Origin: Octopus sinensis
Lineage: Eukaryota
Direction: 5' to 3'
Length of the DNA stretch: 64,000 nucleotides
Assembly: GCF_006345805.1 (NCBI RefSeq)
Contig: NC_043007.1
Location: forward strand, 71,796,001 to 71,860,000
Shown: positions 41,294 through 52,730 of the stretch, in pieces
How the letters are laid out: every line of letters starts with the position of its first letter
How positions within the stretch are numbered: position 1 is the first letter of the stretch
The notes under the pieces: generated by a model
The model's input: the letters and a program-made list of their open reading frames with translations, nothing else
The model's database searches: none
What the model was told of the DNA's origin: nothing
Translations under genes and position numbers: made by a program

Positions 41294-41555
41294 TTATAAA
41301 TATGTGTGTATATAGATATACATATATGTGTACATATGAATTTATATATATACATATAAATATAAGTGTGCTTGTGTATATATGTACACAGCTGTATACA
41401 TGTAAATATATGTGTACGCGTATATATATATATATATAATTTTAATCCAAACGGGAAACAAAAAAACAACAACAATGGAACAATTACAGTATTATTATTA
41501 ATAGGCGCTCAGGAAAAGGAAGCAGATGTAAGATATACCGTGAAGGTTATAGGTC

Positions 41556-41620
<65 letters not shown>
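40400..41620. repeat. TA-rich microsatellite field with higher-order units such as ATATATATATATGCATATAC
   Basis: Directly visible. Confidence 0.9.
40946..40980 (+). ncRNA. Degenerate minimal type-I hammerhead (core CCGTCGA, probably inactive)
   Basis: GTTT-CCGTCGA-A-GAGC-tcc-GCTC-GAA-ACGT-T-AAAC: all stems intact, two core substitutions versus CUGANGA. Confidence 0.55.
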
Positions 41621-42339
41621 AAGCGTTTCTGTGTGATAAGAAGCCATTGTGAACGCTCAGTAGGTAGTAGCAGATCTGAAAAATTGTACTTATGGATGCA
41701 TATAAATATTTGCTACTACCAACCGAGCCTTCACAAAGGGAACAGAAAAAATGAAAATGTCATACCTATTTGAAGATTATGGAAATATCATTTACAAAAC
41801 ATTTCATTTAATTTTTTTCTTCAATTTAATTGTTTTTCTTCTTAACTAATATCTAATATGTTTTACTCCCATGTGAAAAAGTCGAAGAGACTGAAACCGG
41901 TACAAACCGTTATAAAATGTATGTCATAATTTATTTTAGCATTTTCTACGTTGTCGTATTTTCCTTATGCACACATACATACACACACTCGCACGCACGC
42001 ACACACACACATATATATATATATATATTGGGCGAGAGAGAGGGAGAGAGAGACACAGACATACAGACACGCACGCACACATAAATATAAACAGCATATG
42101 TATAACCCAAATAATATCTGCATCGATTCTAAAATAAATGAAGATCATGTAGCTATTAATAATCAAGGTAACTGTTGTAACTTTTACCGTTGCAATGGTA
42201 GTGCTATTACTACTACTAATGACCTCACTGTCTTTTACATAACCCTGAATAATTGGAGTAATTCTGTCGGATCAAACAATAATTATCACTCTCTGCAGTC
42301 CTTGAATAACACTGGAAATATTAATGTCTACAAATCTCC

Positions 42340-42760
42340 TGAATTATGTAATTGTAAAAAGAAACTTCTGTGCCCTCTAAATGATTTATGCCTCACTAAA
42401 AATATTAACTATAGATGTGGTGTGATAACCAATCTAACTACTTTTACCTACATCGGTTCCGCTTCTTGCAAATTCAAGCATTGATTATATGATCATTCTT
42501 ATACTTTCAATAAGTATAATAAGATTAAGGTTACATCACACGCAGAAAAAAATTGAGAAACAGAGACAAAAAATTTATTATCCAAATTACCTGGCGTATA
42601 ATAAAATTTGCTTATATCTTCAGATAATATCCTTAAAAAATCTAATGAACCTAGAGTGAAATGCTCGCATTACATTAGAAACACATTTTCATACTCAAAA
42701 CCAGTTATCTAAAAGGCTTCGAATACTACTACTTATCTTTAACATTTTAGCTTTCATTTA
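42340..42760 (+). mobile_element. Penelope-like element GIY-YIG remnant
   Basis: CNCKKKLLCPLNDLCLTKNINYRCGVITNLTTFTYIGSASCKFKH*LYDHSYTF, then QITWRIIK. Confidence 0.8.
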
Positions 42761-43049
42761 ACAACATTCTGTAACATAGCTAATTGTGCTCGTTTCATTT
42801 AAATATTACTTAAACGATGTCATGTTATGTCATTGTCCTACTGGTTATGTATTCTCATTATATTTGTTTACAACCTCTATATTTGGTAACTAGTGAAATA
42901 TTTGATAAGCCAGTGTATGAACTCTGAACTCTCTCTGTCATTTGTCTACGTTTTCTTGATATGTCGTAATATAATATTATTTTGTATTTTGATATATTTT
43001 ATGTAAATATATATAAATGTGTGTATATGTATACGTGTGTATACATATA

Positions 43050-43230
43050 CGCTTGACAAACAGTGTTGGTGTTTAAGTCCCTGTATCATAGCGGTTCGGC
43101 AAAATAGACCGATAGAACAAGTGCCAGGTTTTAAAAAATAAGTAGAGTCGATTCCTTCGACTAAAAATTCTTTAATGCAGTGCACCTCCATGGCCGTAGT
43201 CTGATGACTGAAACAAGTAAAAGATAAAAG
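43050..43230 (+). mobile_element. SINE family B, 3' half
   Basis: GGTTCGGCAAAA.AGACCGATAGAA...GAAACAAGTAAAAG. Confidence 0.75.
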
Positions 43231-43899
43231 GTGTGTGGCTGTGTGTGTTTTGAAATGTGAGTGTGAATACGTTGTATACCTATGGTACTGAGGTTGGATG
43301 GAACGAGGCAAAAAGCGTGGTGACCGTTTTATGGCTTTCTCTTGCTCTGAGGTTTGTTTACTTTTATGTAGCTTAACTGACAAGATATCTGCTTGGCTTC
43401 AATGACCTTACGGTCAATTCATGGCAACAGCATGTCTATGATTGATTTTTGTATGTTCTCAAAGCCAATATTTGCTATAAACTAATTTAGATAAGTGATT
43501 TGATATAATAGAGTAGTTGGATCTCTTTGTTTCTCGCATGCTCATTAAAACCACTCCTACTAATTCTATAAATTTGCATGCTATATTTCAAAATACCACC
43601 TGTCCAAAATGTTGGTTTCATCAAGATCGATGTATTATCGCACCTGTTTGATGTCTTACCAGTTTAAAATTTTATCTAAAGACGATGGACTGTATGTTAT
43701 GATGTAATCTATGAATACCTCAATAGAATTCTACTGAAACAGCTATAGTAAATTTTAAACCCCATTTGTGTTCTCTCACTAGACTTGTGGTTCTTACAAT
43801 AACACTGCGTGTGTGTGTGTGTGTGTGTTTAGAGTATTGCAACTTTAATATCACAACAAACAATTTAAGTTACCAATCGGTTTCATATTAATGATCCTT

Positions 43900-44880
43900 C
43901 CAAGTGTGGATGGGTAATTTCTAGTCGTCAGACATAGCTACAAGTCAACGAATGCTAGGAATAGTGGTTAACTCTTAGCCAAGTATTTTCCTGTAGCTGC
44001 CTCCCTAATAAGATTGCATCAGTGATACTCCATCTCATCCAGGTCTACTTTATCACGGATCAATCCTTCTATGAATTTTTCTGTGACCTTCATAATCTTG
44101 TCTAGTAGATTAACTCCTTTATTGCTGCTTCGTTTACGAGGCTACTGCTACGTCAGTCAATGGATATAACACCTTCCTGTAGGACTTGAATCACTATCCG
44201 GATGGTAATTTTGAATCTTCCATCCCTAGATGCTTTAAGCATCTCTGCAACTATCCATAATCAACACATAGCTTTCCCTCTCTTCATATCTTTGATTATT
44301 TTATCTACCACATTGATGTGAACTTGAATTGTTGGTCCCTGTATTAGGTCAGCATGGAAGAAATCTTTGTTTATTCCATTCGTTTTTCCATTGTCACCAG
44401 CCTCCCATAATAACACTTCCATACCAGTTAATTTTTTTTTTTCCATATCGACAAGAATGACATTATCATTCCAAATACACTGCTCACCAATGATATTCCG
44501 GTTCTCTCACACACTTTGTCTCACAATTCTTAACATCCTGAGCCTCTGAACTAAACCGCATCTCATCTAGGTTAACCATCTTCCTAACTAGTTGAGCTAT
44601 AACTCTTCCTGTAACTTTCATGACCTGGTCCAGCAAGTTGGAATACCATGTAATTACTCCTCTCTAAAGCGTCCGCTATACAATTGTAACAGGTAACATT
44701 GTAAATGCTACACCAGTCATTGAGTATGATGCCTTCCTGCACAAACTGAGTAATTAAATGGGTGACTAAGCCGTGTCCCACTCCATCAGATATTTTAAGC
44801 ATCTCAGCAGTAATTCTTGATGGACTAGGGGCTTTCCCTCCCTTTATCAGGATGATGGATCATATGTAATTCTTGAGAAG
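43900..44880 (-). mobile_element. Two tandem RTE-type LINE RT fragments
   Basis: GKAPSPSRITAEMLKISDGVG..DALERSNY..LDEM (44560-44880), then HADLIQGPTIQV..VDKIIKDMK..AEMLK..LDEM..YLAK..LFLAFVDL (43900-44560). Confidence 0.8.
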
Positions 44881-45294
44881 ATCTGAATAAAGTAACATTC
44901 TGAAAGCACACTGTGTGTGCATGTGAGTGTGTGTGTGTGTGTGTGTATGCACAATTGTTCCCCACCCACCACTATTTCCTCCTCGAGAAATTCCTACCAT
45001 CACCTCTCTAACTGTACTATTCTGCTGTTGTAATTAAACATGAACAGAACTGCATATTTTGCCTGCTTTTGCTAATACCATTTACCCATTTTACCGGGAA
45101 CCATTTTTCATCCTTTCTTAATGCTGTCATATCTACCCACATTTTACATTGATCACCCGCCTGAGCCAACAAATTCTCTCTCCTCCACCACCACACAGCT
45201 CCTCTTCCTGCACACTTTGTTCTGGTTCTTCCCTCACTTTAACCCCTCATCCCATAGCATAAAGCCACAACTTTACTCAATCAAAGGGAATCTT

Positions 45295-45510
45295 AGTCTT
45301 GCAAATTGCATGGTGACCTTACCAGTGCTGGTACCATAAAAAAAGCACCCAGTGTACTCTGTACAGTCATTGGCATTAGGAAGGGCATCCAACAATAGGA
45401 ACCATACCAAAGCAGACACTGGAGCACAATGCAGCCCTTGAACCCATCAGATCCTCTTAAACTATCCAACTCATGCCAACATGGAAAATGTATGTTAAAT
45501 AATGATGATT
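45295..45510 (+). repeat. Interspersed repeat resembling an RTE 3' UTR (related copies at about 47830-48020 and 53700-53900)
   Basis: Shared TTAGGAAGGGCATCCA motif; short (ATG)n-like tail. Confidence 0.55.
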
Positions 45511-46035
45511 ATATGCAAGAACACGGTGCTCATTTCTGTATTCCTGGTACATTCATACCATTTCTCTTTTAACTGAACTAACATGTCTTCGTATTGGATG
45601 AGCAGTTTGTTTATCAGCTGCAGTATTGCTTTTGCCATTGCAGCTTGTTAAATATATACATAGCATGAAAAAGAAATTCTATTTTCTAATTTGTGGTTTA
45701 TTTAGAATCAATTGATATTTTCTCATTATTTTGTATGTTATAAATTCTGCATTTGACAGAATACAATCATATTCTACAAATGAATATTTCTAGAATAGCT
45801 TTAGTATTAATCAGAAAATATTATGAGATAAAGGAGTAGTCACATAAAAATTACATAGGAGACGAAAATTTTCACTATTGCTATCTTCATCATATAACAT
45901 CCAATTTCCTATGCTTGCATGGGTTAGAATTTGTTGAGGTACATTTTCTACAGTCAGATGCCCTTCTGTTGCCAACCCTCAACTACTTCCAAGCAGGGTA
46001 AGCCCTGTACCACAAGCTTAAGAGGTATCAATTAA

Positions 46036-46255
46036 CCCTTTCGTTACTGTATTTATTTTGAGATGCTCTGTGTTTCTTTCAATTACTTTAAATATAACAA
46101 AAAATTTAGTAAAATAACTTGGTTATCATTCAGCTAGTGTTAGGAACATAAATTGTGACTGAGGTTTGGTGGAAGATTTTAATTCCAAACTTATGAAAAC
46201 AAGACATTTGTACTCAGAGCTAGAGCCAGCTTCAGCTGGGTTGGTAACGAAAGGG
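46036..46255. mobile_element. piggyBac-type MITE
   Basis: TTAA|CCCTTTCGTTAC...GTAACGAAAGGG|TTAA: perfect TIRs and TTAA target duplication. Confidence 0.85.
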
Positions 46256-48074
46256 TTAAAGAAAGTCATCTGTCATTTTTCTCATGAAAAACTAAAGTAT
46301 AATGAAATGAAAACATTTTAAAGAGCTGAATGTATATAACTGAAAATTATCCCCCGGGAAAATTTGAGGAAAATACAAGATCTCCATGATTTCCTGAATC
46401 TGCAGACATAATACCACTCTAATATACAAATTATTGATTTCTCAGTGGTGCTACTGAATCCTTTCAATATGGTCATTGCCAATTTTCAAGAGATACCACA
46501 CAAAATTTTGATATATAATAACGACTAAAACCTATTTTATGAAAATTATTGAACACTTACAGATGTATTCATAAACAATGACTAGGTTACAATGATAAGC
46601 TTCTGTTGGCAAATCTTTTGGAATATATTTAAAACCATTCACCACACACAAAAACACACACACACACACACACAAGGATCTGAATTTAGATTTCAAAAGC
46701 TAAGAACTAGCAAGGAGGATTTCTGTTTTTCATTAGTCGGTAAAATACACAGACCATAAAAATGTAATCTGAGACAAAGGTCAAAATACTTGAAGAAATA
46801 TTTTTGTATTTAGCCTAAGATTTAAATAAATCATCAAAACCTCATTAGAACAAATTCTAATGGAAAATCTTGGAGCAAAATGAATCTTCTGATTCATTGC
46901 AGATTTATTAGATTCAGTTTGGTGGGATAACGCCACAAAGATTATTAGGTCTCAGAGCTAATAACTGATACATAATAAAAAATTAAAAAAATTATTTTAA
47001 TGGTGGAGAGGGAGAGAGAGAGAGAGAAGAAACTAACAGAAAATGATAATTTGAACGTTGAAAAGGTTTGGTAATAAATCTGTAAGAGGAGATCTTTCAA
47101 GTGAGTAAATCTAATAAAGTATTCCTTAAAATACACTGAAATATACTACTGCTGCTGCTCTGCTGCTGCTACTCAGAATTATTATTTTTTTCAAAGACAA
47201 GTCGAAAGAGAAAATGATGAGATGGGAATGAAGCTAACAGTAGAGTTGCTCTTTTTTTTTTCTTCTTCTCTAAATCAAATATCTAATTTAGCAAAATATC
47301 TAAAATAAATAAATTATAAATAAGATGTTGTTGAATAAACAAATATTTATTGCTTTCCTGCAGCCACAGTCAGATCTATCTGATTTGGTTAAAATTCCTT
47401 CTTGGTTTTACTCTAACACAGTTTTCTTCAAACATTTATTTGCTAAAGATTTTGTGTAGGAAAACCAAGAATTCTTTAGCAGAGGATATGTCACAAAAAT
47501 TAGATTTGATGACAAACAATGACTTCTTACATAATTACAACTCTACTAATTGATACAGAAAGAAACAGTATGGAATTTAAAGGCATTCATGCCTTTTCCA
47601 AAGATACAAAGATATCTTTGTGTCATTATGATACAGAGTCTATGAAAGACATGGAAGTTAGCTATTGAGAAAAGAATTGTTAGGTACCCATAGCTGGATT
47701 AGAAACAGATATGATTAGGTTCAAAGGAAACTAGCATTTTGGTTCATACTCTTTTTATTTCAAACTAAATATCATCACTACCACCACCACCATTTTACAT
47801 CCACTGCTGGTAGAAATTAAATTTTACACATGCCAAAGCAGACCTTGCCAGCGTTGGTGCCATGTAAAGAGCATGGGTGTGGGTGCCATGTAAAAGGCAG
47901 TACACACTGTAAAGTGTTTGTCATTAGGAAGGTCATCCAGCTGCAAAAACCATGCCAAAACAGTGGAGCTTGGTGCAGTCCTTTGGCTAGTCAACTTCTG
48001 TTAAACAGTTCAATCCATTAGAAAATTACTATTTTTAAATCTCACAATGTGAGATATTCAGCAACAGTACCTTG

Positions 48075-48348
48075 TAGTAAAGATTGTTTGCCAACATGAC
48101 ATGGCAGTCTTGGTTTAGGACTAATGTTGTTGTAATTTAGTCCCAGGATGAAGAGAAATAACCCAGAAATCATGATACACAGATATTGTTTTGAGCTGAG
48201 TGGGGGTGCTAGATTCCCTTGTTCGAAAATGTAAGGATGCAGATTGTGTCATATAGCCAGCTGGAAACGATGTCTCCTGGGGCTAAATTACAGCAACATT
48301 AATCCTAAACCAGGACTGCCATGTTATGTTGGCAAACAATCTTTACTA
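48075..48348. mobile_element. MITE with about 74-bp TIRs and TA ends
   Basis: TAGTAAAGATTGTTTGCCAACATGAC...CCCAGGA (48075-48148) is the inverse of 48275-48348. Confidence 0.85.
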
Positions 48349-48391
48349 GAAAGTTGAATCCATGCTGGCATGGAATTCAAACATTAAATTA

Positions 48392-48424
<33 letters not shown>

Positions 48425-49237
48425 CGGCGGCGGCGGCGGCGGCAACAACAGTAATGACAATGATATGATGACAGATCTAATGATCAGCCTCACCAAGATT
48501 CAAAACTTGACTGAAATTTATATAAAGCATAAATCATTCTTAATATCCTTAAGCTATTTTGAGTCTACATCTATCTGCAATAAATAGCCATATGCTTGGT
48601 TCTTTTATCATACAGATAACTGTCCGGCTTCTTGAGATGTAGTGACATTGCATGAAATTTCTATCATTTTTATGGACATCAAATCCTGAGGTTTTGCAGC
48701 TTCTTTGGACCCAACAAACTTGAAACACTTATTGAGATCTGATAGCTTTTGTCCCCTATGTTTGATTGTCAAAGTTTTATTAAATGCTGTTGAAAGACAG
48801 TACACGCCTGATAAATAAATGTCTTCTCAAACAGAATAAAAATGGTACCATAGTTCAATCCAACAAAAATATAATTGTTCTCTCTTGGAGTTTTTCTGCT
48901 TTGTGGATTTACTAGAATTATGCAGTTGAGTTCAACCCTTCAGCATTTAAACTGGTTATATATGGCCCAAATATCCTATCTATTTTGTGTTCAAATTGGC
49001 CAGATCTAGCTTCTTGCACCTACCCTTCAATAAACAATCAAATCAGTGAAATTTCAAAGCTATGAGATAAATGCATAAATTCAAAACAACATGAATAAAT
49101 AAGCATTACATTAGATAGAGCCAGTCACCCACTTTCCATGGTGTACAAGTGGCTGAGATCACCACATTCATCCTAAACAGTATGCCAGTCCATTGCATTT
49201 ACAGCTGAGTGGAATAGAGCAACGTGAAATGGAGGTT

Positions 49238-49395
49238 TAGGTGTGGCTGTGTGGTAAGTAGCTTACTTACGAACTACATGGTTCCAGGTTCAGTCCCACT
49301 GCATGGCACCTTGGGCAAGTGTCTTCTACTATAGCCTCAGACCAGCCAAAGCCTTGTGAGTGGATTTGGTAGATGGAAACTGAAAGAAGCCTATC

Positions 49396-49463
<68 letters not shown>

Positions 49464-49690
49464 GTGTGTGCATATGTTTGTGTGTCTGTGTTTGTATCCC
49501 CAATATTGCTTGACAACCGATGCTGGTGTGTTTACATCCCCGTAACTTAGTGGTTTGGCAAAAGAGACTGATAGAATAAGTACTAGGCTTACAAAGAATA
49601 AGTCCTGGGGTTGATTTGCTCGACTAAAGGCAGTGCTCCAGCATGGCCACAGTTACATGACTGAAACAAGTAAAAGAGTAAAAGAGTAAC
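49238..49690 (+). mobile_element. SINE family B, full length with internal (TA)n
   Basis: Head to GTAAAAGAGTAAAAGAGTA tail. Confidence 0.9.
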
Positions 49691-50320
49691 ACAATACACT
49701 GCCTGATCAGGAATTTGAAACCACAATCTTGCTATAGTGAGTGCAACACTCTGACCACCAGGTCATGTGTTTTCTCTAACTTGAGGGTGGAACATTATTT
49801 ATATTTTAAAATCTATCCCAGGATCTCTATGGAGGAAGAAACTGAAAGTGAAATTAATAATAGAAAATGTATCACCTCTTATAGCTTTGCTGGAGCTTCA
49901 AAAATAGGAACTTCATTTATGAAGATAACAGAAACAATGAATAGCTTATTGTTGGGAGATGCTCAATGAATTAATAATGTTGATTGAATAAATAATGTTG
50001 ATTGAATTGATGATCAATGTTCAATGCACAGGCCAGGGTTTATTGATCTCACTAAGCAGGAAATCTAAATGGAACATTGTAACAGTAGTTCCCTTCAAAT
50101 GAACTGAGGCAATCATCACACCAATACATGTAACTCAGTCTCCTACTCAATGAATTTGTTGAAGATATGTTAGAATTTCACAAAATATGTACAGCATAAA
50201 TTAACCATTTGAATTTGTCAAGTGTTTTGAGTAAGTTGTTTACAATGCCTCTAAATACATTGTACATGAAATTTTACTGAGTAAAATGTTGATTTTATAC
50301 ATGAAGTATTGTTTCTCTGT

Positions 50321-50570
50321 GGAGGTGCGTGGCTTAGTGGTTAGGGTGTCAGCATCATGATCGTAAGATTGTGGTTTCGATTCCTGGACCGGGAGACGCG
50401 TTGTGTTCTTGAGCAAAACACTTCATTTCACGTTGCTCCAGTCCACTCAGCTGGCAAAAATGAGTAATGCTGCAATGAACTGGCATCCCATCCAGCTAGG
50501 AAACACATATGCCATAGAAACCGGGAAAAGGGCCCATGAGCCTGGCTAGGCTTTAAAAGGGCGCATTTAT
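50321..50570 (+). mobile_element. SINE family D, young
   Basis: Nearly identical to 11729-11975. Confidence 0.9.
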
Positions 50571-50942
50571 TTTTTTATTGTTCCTCTATTTGATAGAAGG
50601 ATGCAGCTGCCAACATGTGATAGTAACTGCTGTGAAAGTTGACTTCATAACAAAATGGATTTGCAAAAAAAAAAAAAAAATAGTAATGCATACCTCAACA
50701 GGAAAACACAGCATTACTGATGAAGGAAATTTCATATCTGACAGATTAGCATTTTGCATCTATGTAAAGAGATCAATAATCTATAGTAAAATCTGTCAGC
50801 ACTGAAGAATGTGGAATCACTTCTTTGTACAGGATAAAAGATATTGAATAAATCTTCAGTAAAGACATCCAAATTTGTTCAATACGATGGAATCTCCTCG
50901 CATGAACCATTAAACGAAGTTAGGCACACATAAAGTTGTCTT

Positions 50943-51250
50943 GTGGAGGCGCAATGACCCAGTGGTTAGGACAGCGGACTCACGGTCGGAGGATCGCGGT
51001 TTTGATTCCCAGATCGGGCGTTGTGTGTGTTTATTGAGCGAAAACACCTAAAGTTCCATGAGGCTCTGGCAGGGTGTGGTGGTGACTCCTGTTGTACTCT
51101 TTCGCCCCAACTTTCTCTCACTCTTTCTCCCTGTTTCTTGAGTAATGCTGCGATGGACTGGCATCCCATCCAGCTGGGGGGAACACATGTGTCACAGAAG
51201 CCGGGAAACCGGGTCCATGAGCCTGGCTAGGCTTGAAAAGGGCACATAAA
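50943..51250 (+). mobile_element. SINE with family C head and family D 3' end
   Basis: Head matches 52348; tail matches 50321. Confidence 0.85.
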
Positions 51251-51699
51251 TAAATAAAAGTTGTTTTACAATGAAAGGTTCAGTTAAAAATTATTAAAAA
51301 CTTGTCAAAGATATTAAAGATAGAACCGATCCTATTGCAAGTTTAGTTTGAAAATGGCTACAAAAACCCAAGCTAAGTTTTAGCTGTGATTGACAATGAA
51401 TATTTTGGTTTGAATTCATAGGAATGTACTGTGTTTTTTAGCAAATCTATATTGTTTATTTCAGGCTTTCAATTTGCCAAGACAAAAAAAAGAAACTGAA
51501 ATCGCAATTTATGTAATTTTCCATACTGGTTCCAAAATGACAGCAGTTGCTGTCATGACTGGAAATAAAGTAAAAAAAAAAACTAAGTGAGTTATTCTGC
51601 AGTTTATGAAGCAGCTATTTAATTATACAGAAGATAGATGATACCTGATGTGCTAACTGAAAAAGTGAGTTTTACTTAAACTATTATCATTAATAGGTG

Positions 51700-52035
51700 T
51701 AGGTCTGGCTGTGTGGTAAGAAAATTGCTTCCCAACCTCATGGTTCCAGGTTCAGTCCCACTGTGTGGCACTTTGGGCAAGTGTTTTGTACCATAACCTC
51801 GAGCCAATCAAAACCTTGTGAGTGGATTTGGCAGTGTGTGTGTGTGTTTGTCTACCACCACATGACAACCAATGTCAGTGTGTTTACATCCCCATAGCTT
51901 AGTAGTTCAGCAAAAGAAACCGATATAATAAGTACCAGGTTAAAAAAAAATACTGGGATCAATTCATTTGACTAAAAATGCAAGGTGGTGCCCCAGTATG
52001 GCCATAGTCTAATGACTAAAACAGATAAAAGATAT
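51700..52035 (+). mobile_element. SINE family B, decayed
   Basis: Family head and 3' part. Confidence 0.8.
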
Positions 52036-52347
52036 GATTATCTTTTGAGCAATAAAGAAATTCAGAATCTAGTTTATAAGTTAGACAATATTTTCAAAGT
52101 GTCACTCAGGCATCTGACTTGGAACAAAGTTTCTGATATTGAGGAATGTCAGAAATAGATCTAAAGATAATAACCAATGTCTGCAGAGCATAATGAGTTC
52201 TGGTAGGAATAGAAATATAGAACAGAACTGGAAACTAATAACATTCAATTACTGTAATACATACTCAACCATACTGTAATAACCTGTGATATATAATCAA
52301 TGATATGATTTACATTATATGACTGTAACTTTGGTTATTTGTTAAAT

Positions 52348-52730
52348 GTGGAGGTGCAATGGCCCAGTGGTTGTCTTTTATCCTGTACAAAGAAGTGATT
52401 CCACATTCTTCAGTGCTGACAGATTTCAATTCCCTGAGCGAAAACACCTAAAAGCTCCACAAGGCTCCGGCAGGGGATGGTGGTGATCCTTGCTGTACTC
52501 TTTCGCCACAACTTTCTCTCACTCTTACTTCCTGTTTCTGTTGTACCTGTATTTCAAGGCGCCGGCTTTGTCACTCTCTGTGTCATGCTGAATATCCCCG
52601 AGAACTACGTTAAGGGTGCACGTGTCTGTGGAGTGCTCAGCCACTTACACGTTAATTTTACGAGCAGGCTGTTCCGTTGATTCGGATCAACCGGAACCCT
52701 CATCGTCGTAACCGACGGAGTGCTTCCATC
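52348..52730 (+). mobile_element. SINE family C with head disrupted by a templated insertion
   Basis: GGAGGTGCAATGGCCCAGTGGTT head, then a 53-bp foreign insert, then the family body. Confidence 0.9.

Noticed and set aside
47364-47690. Plus-strand segment between a good acceptor and AG|GTACCC
   Set aside because: All three frames contain stops, and the minus-strand reading is also blocked or phase-incompatible.
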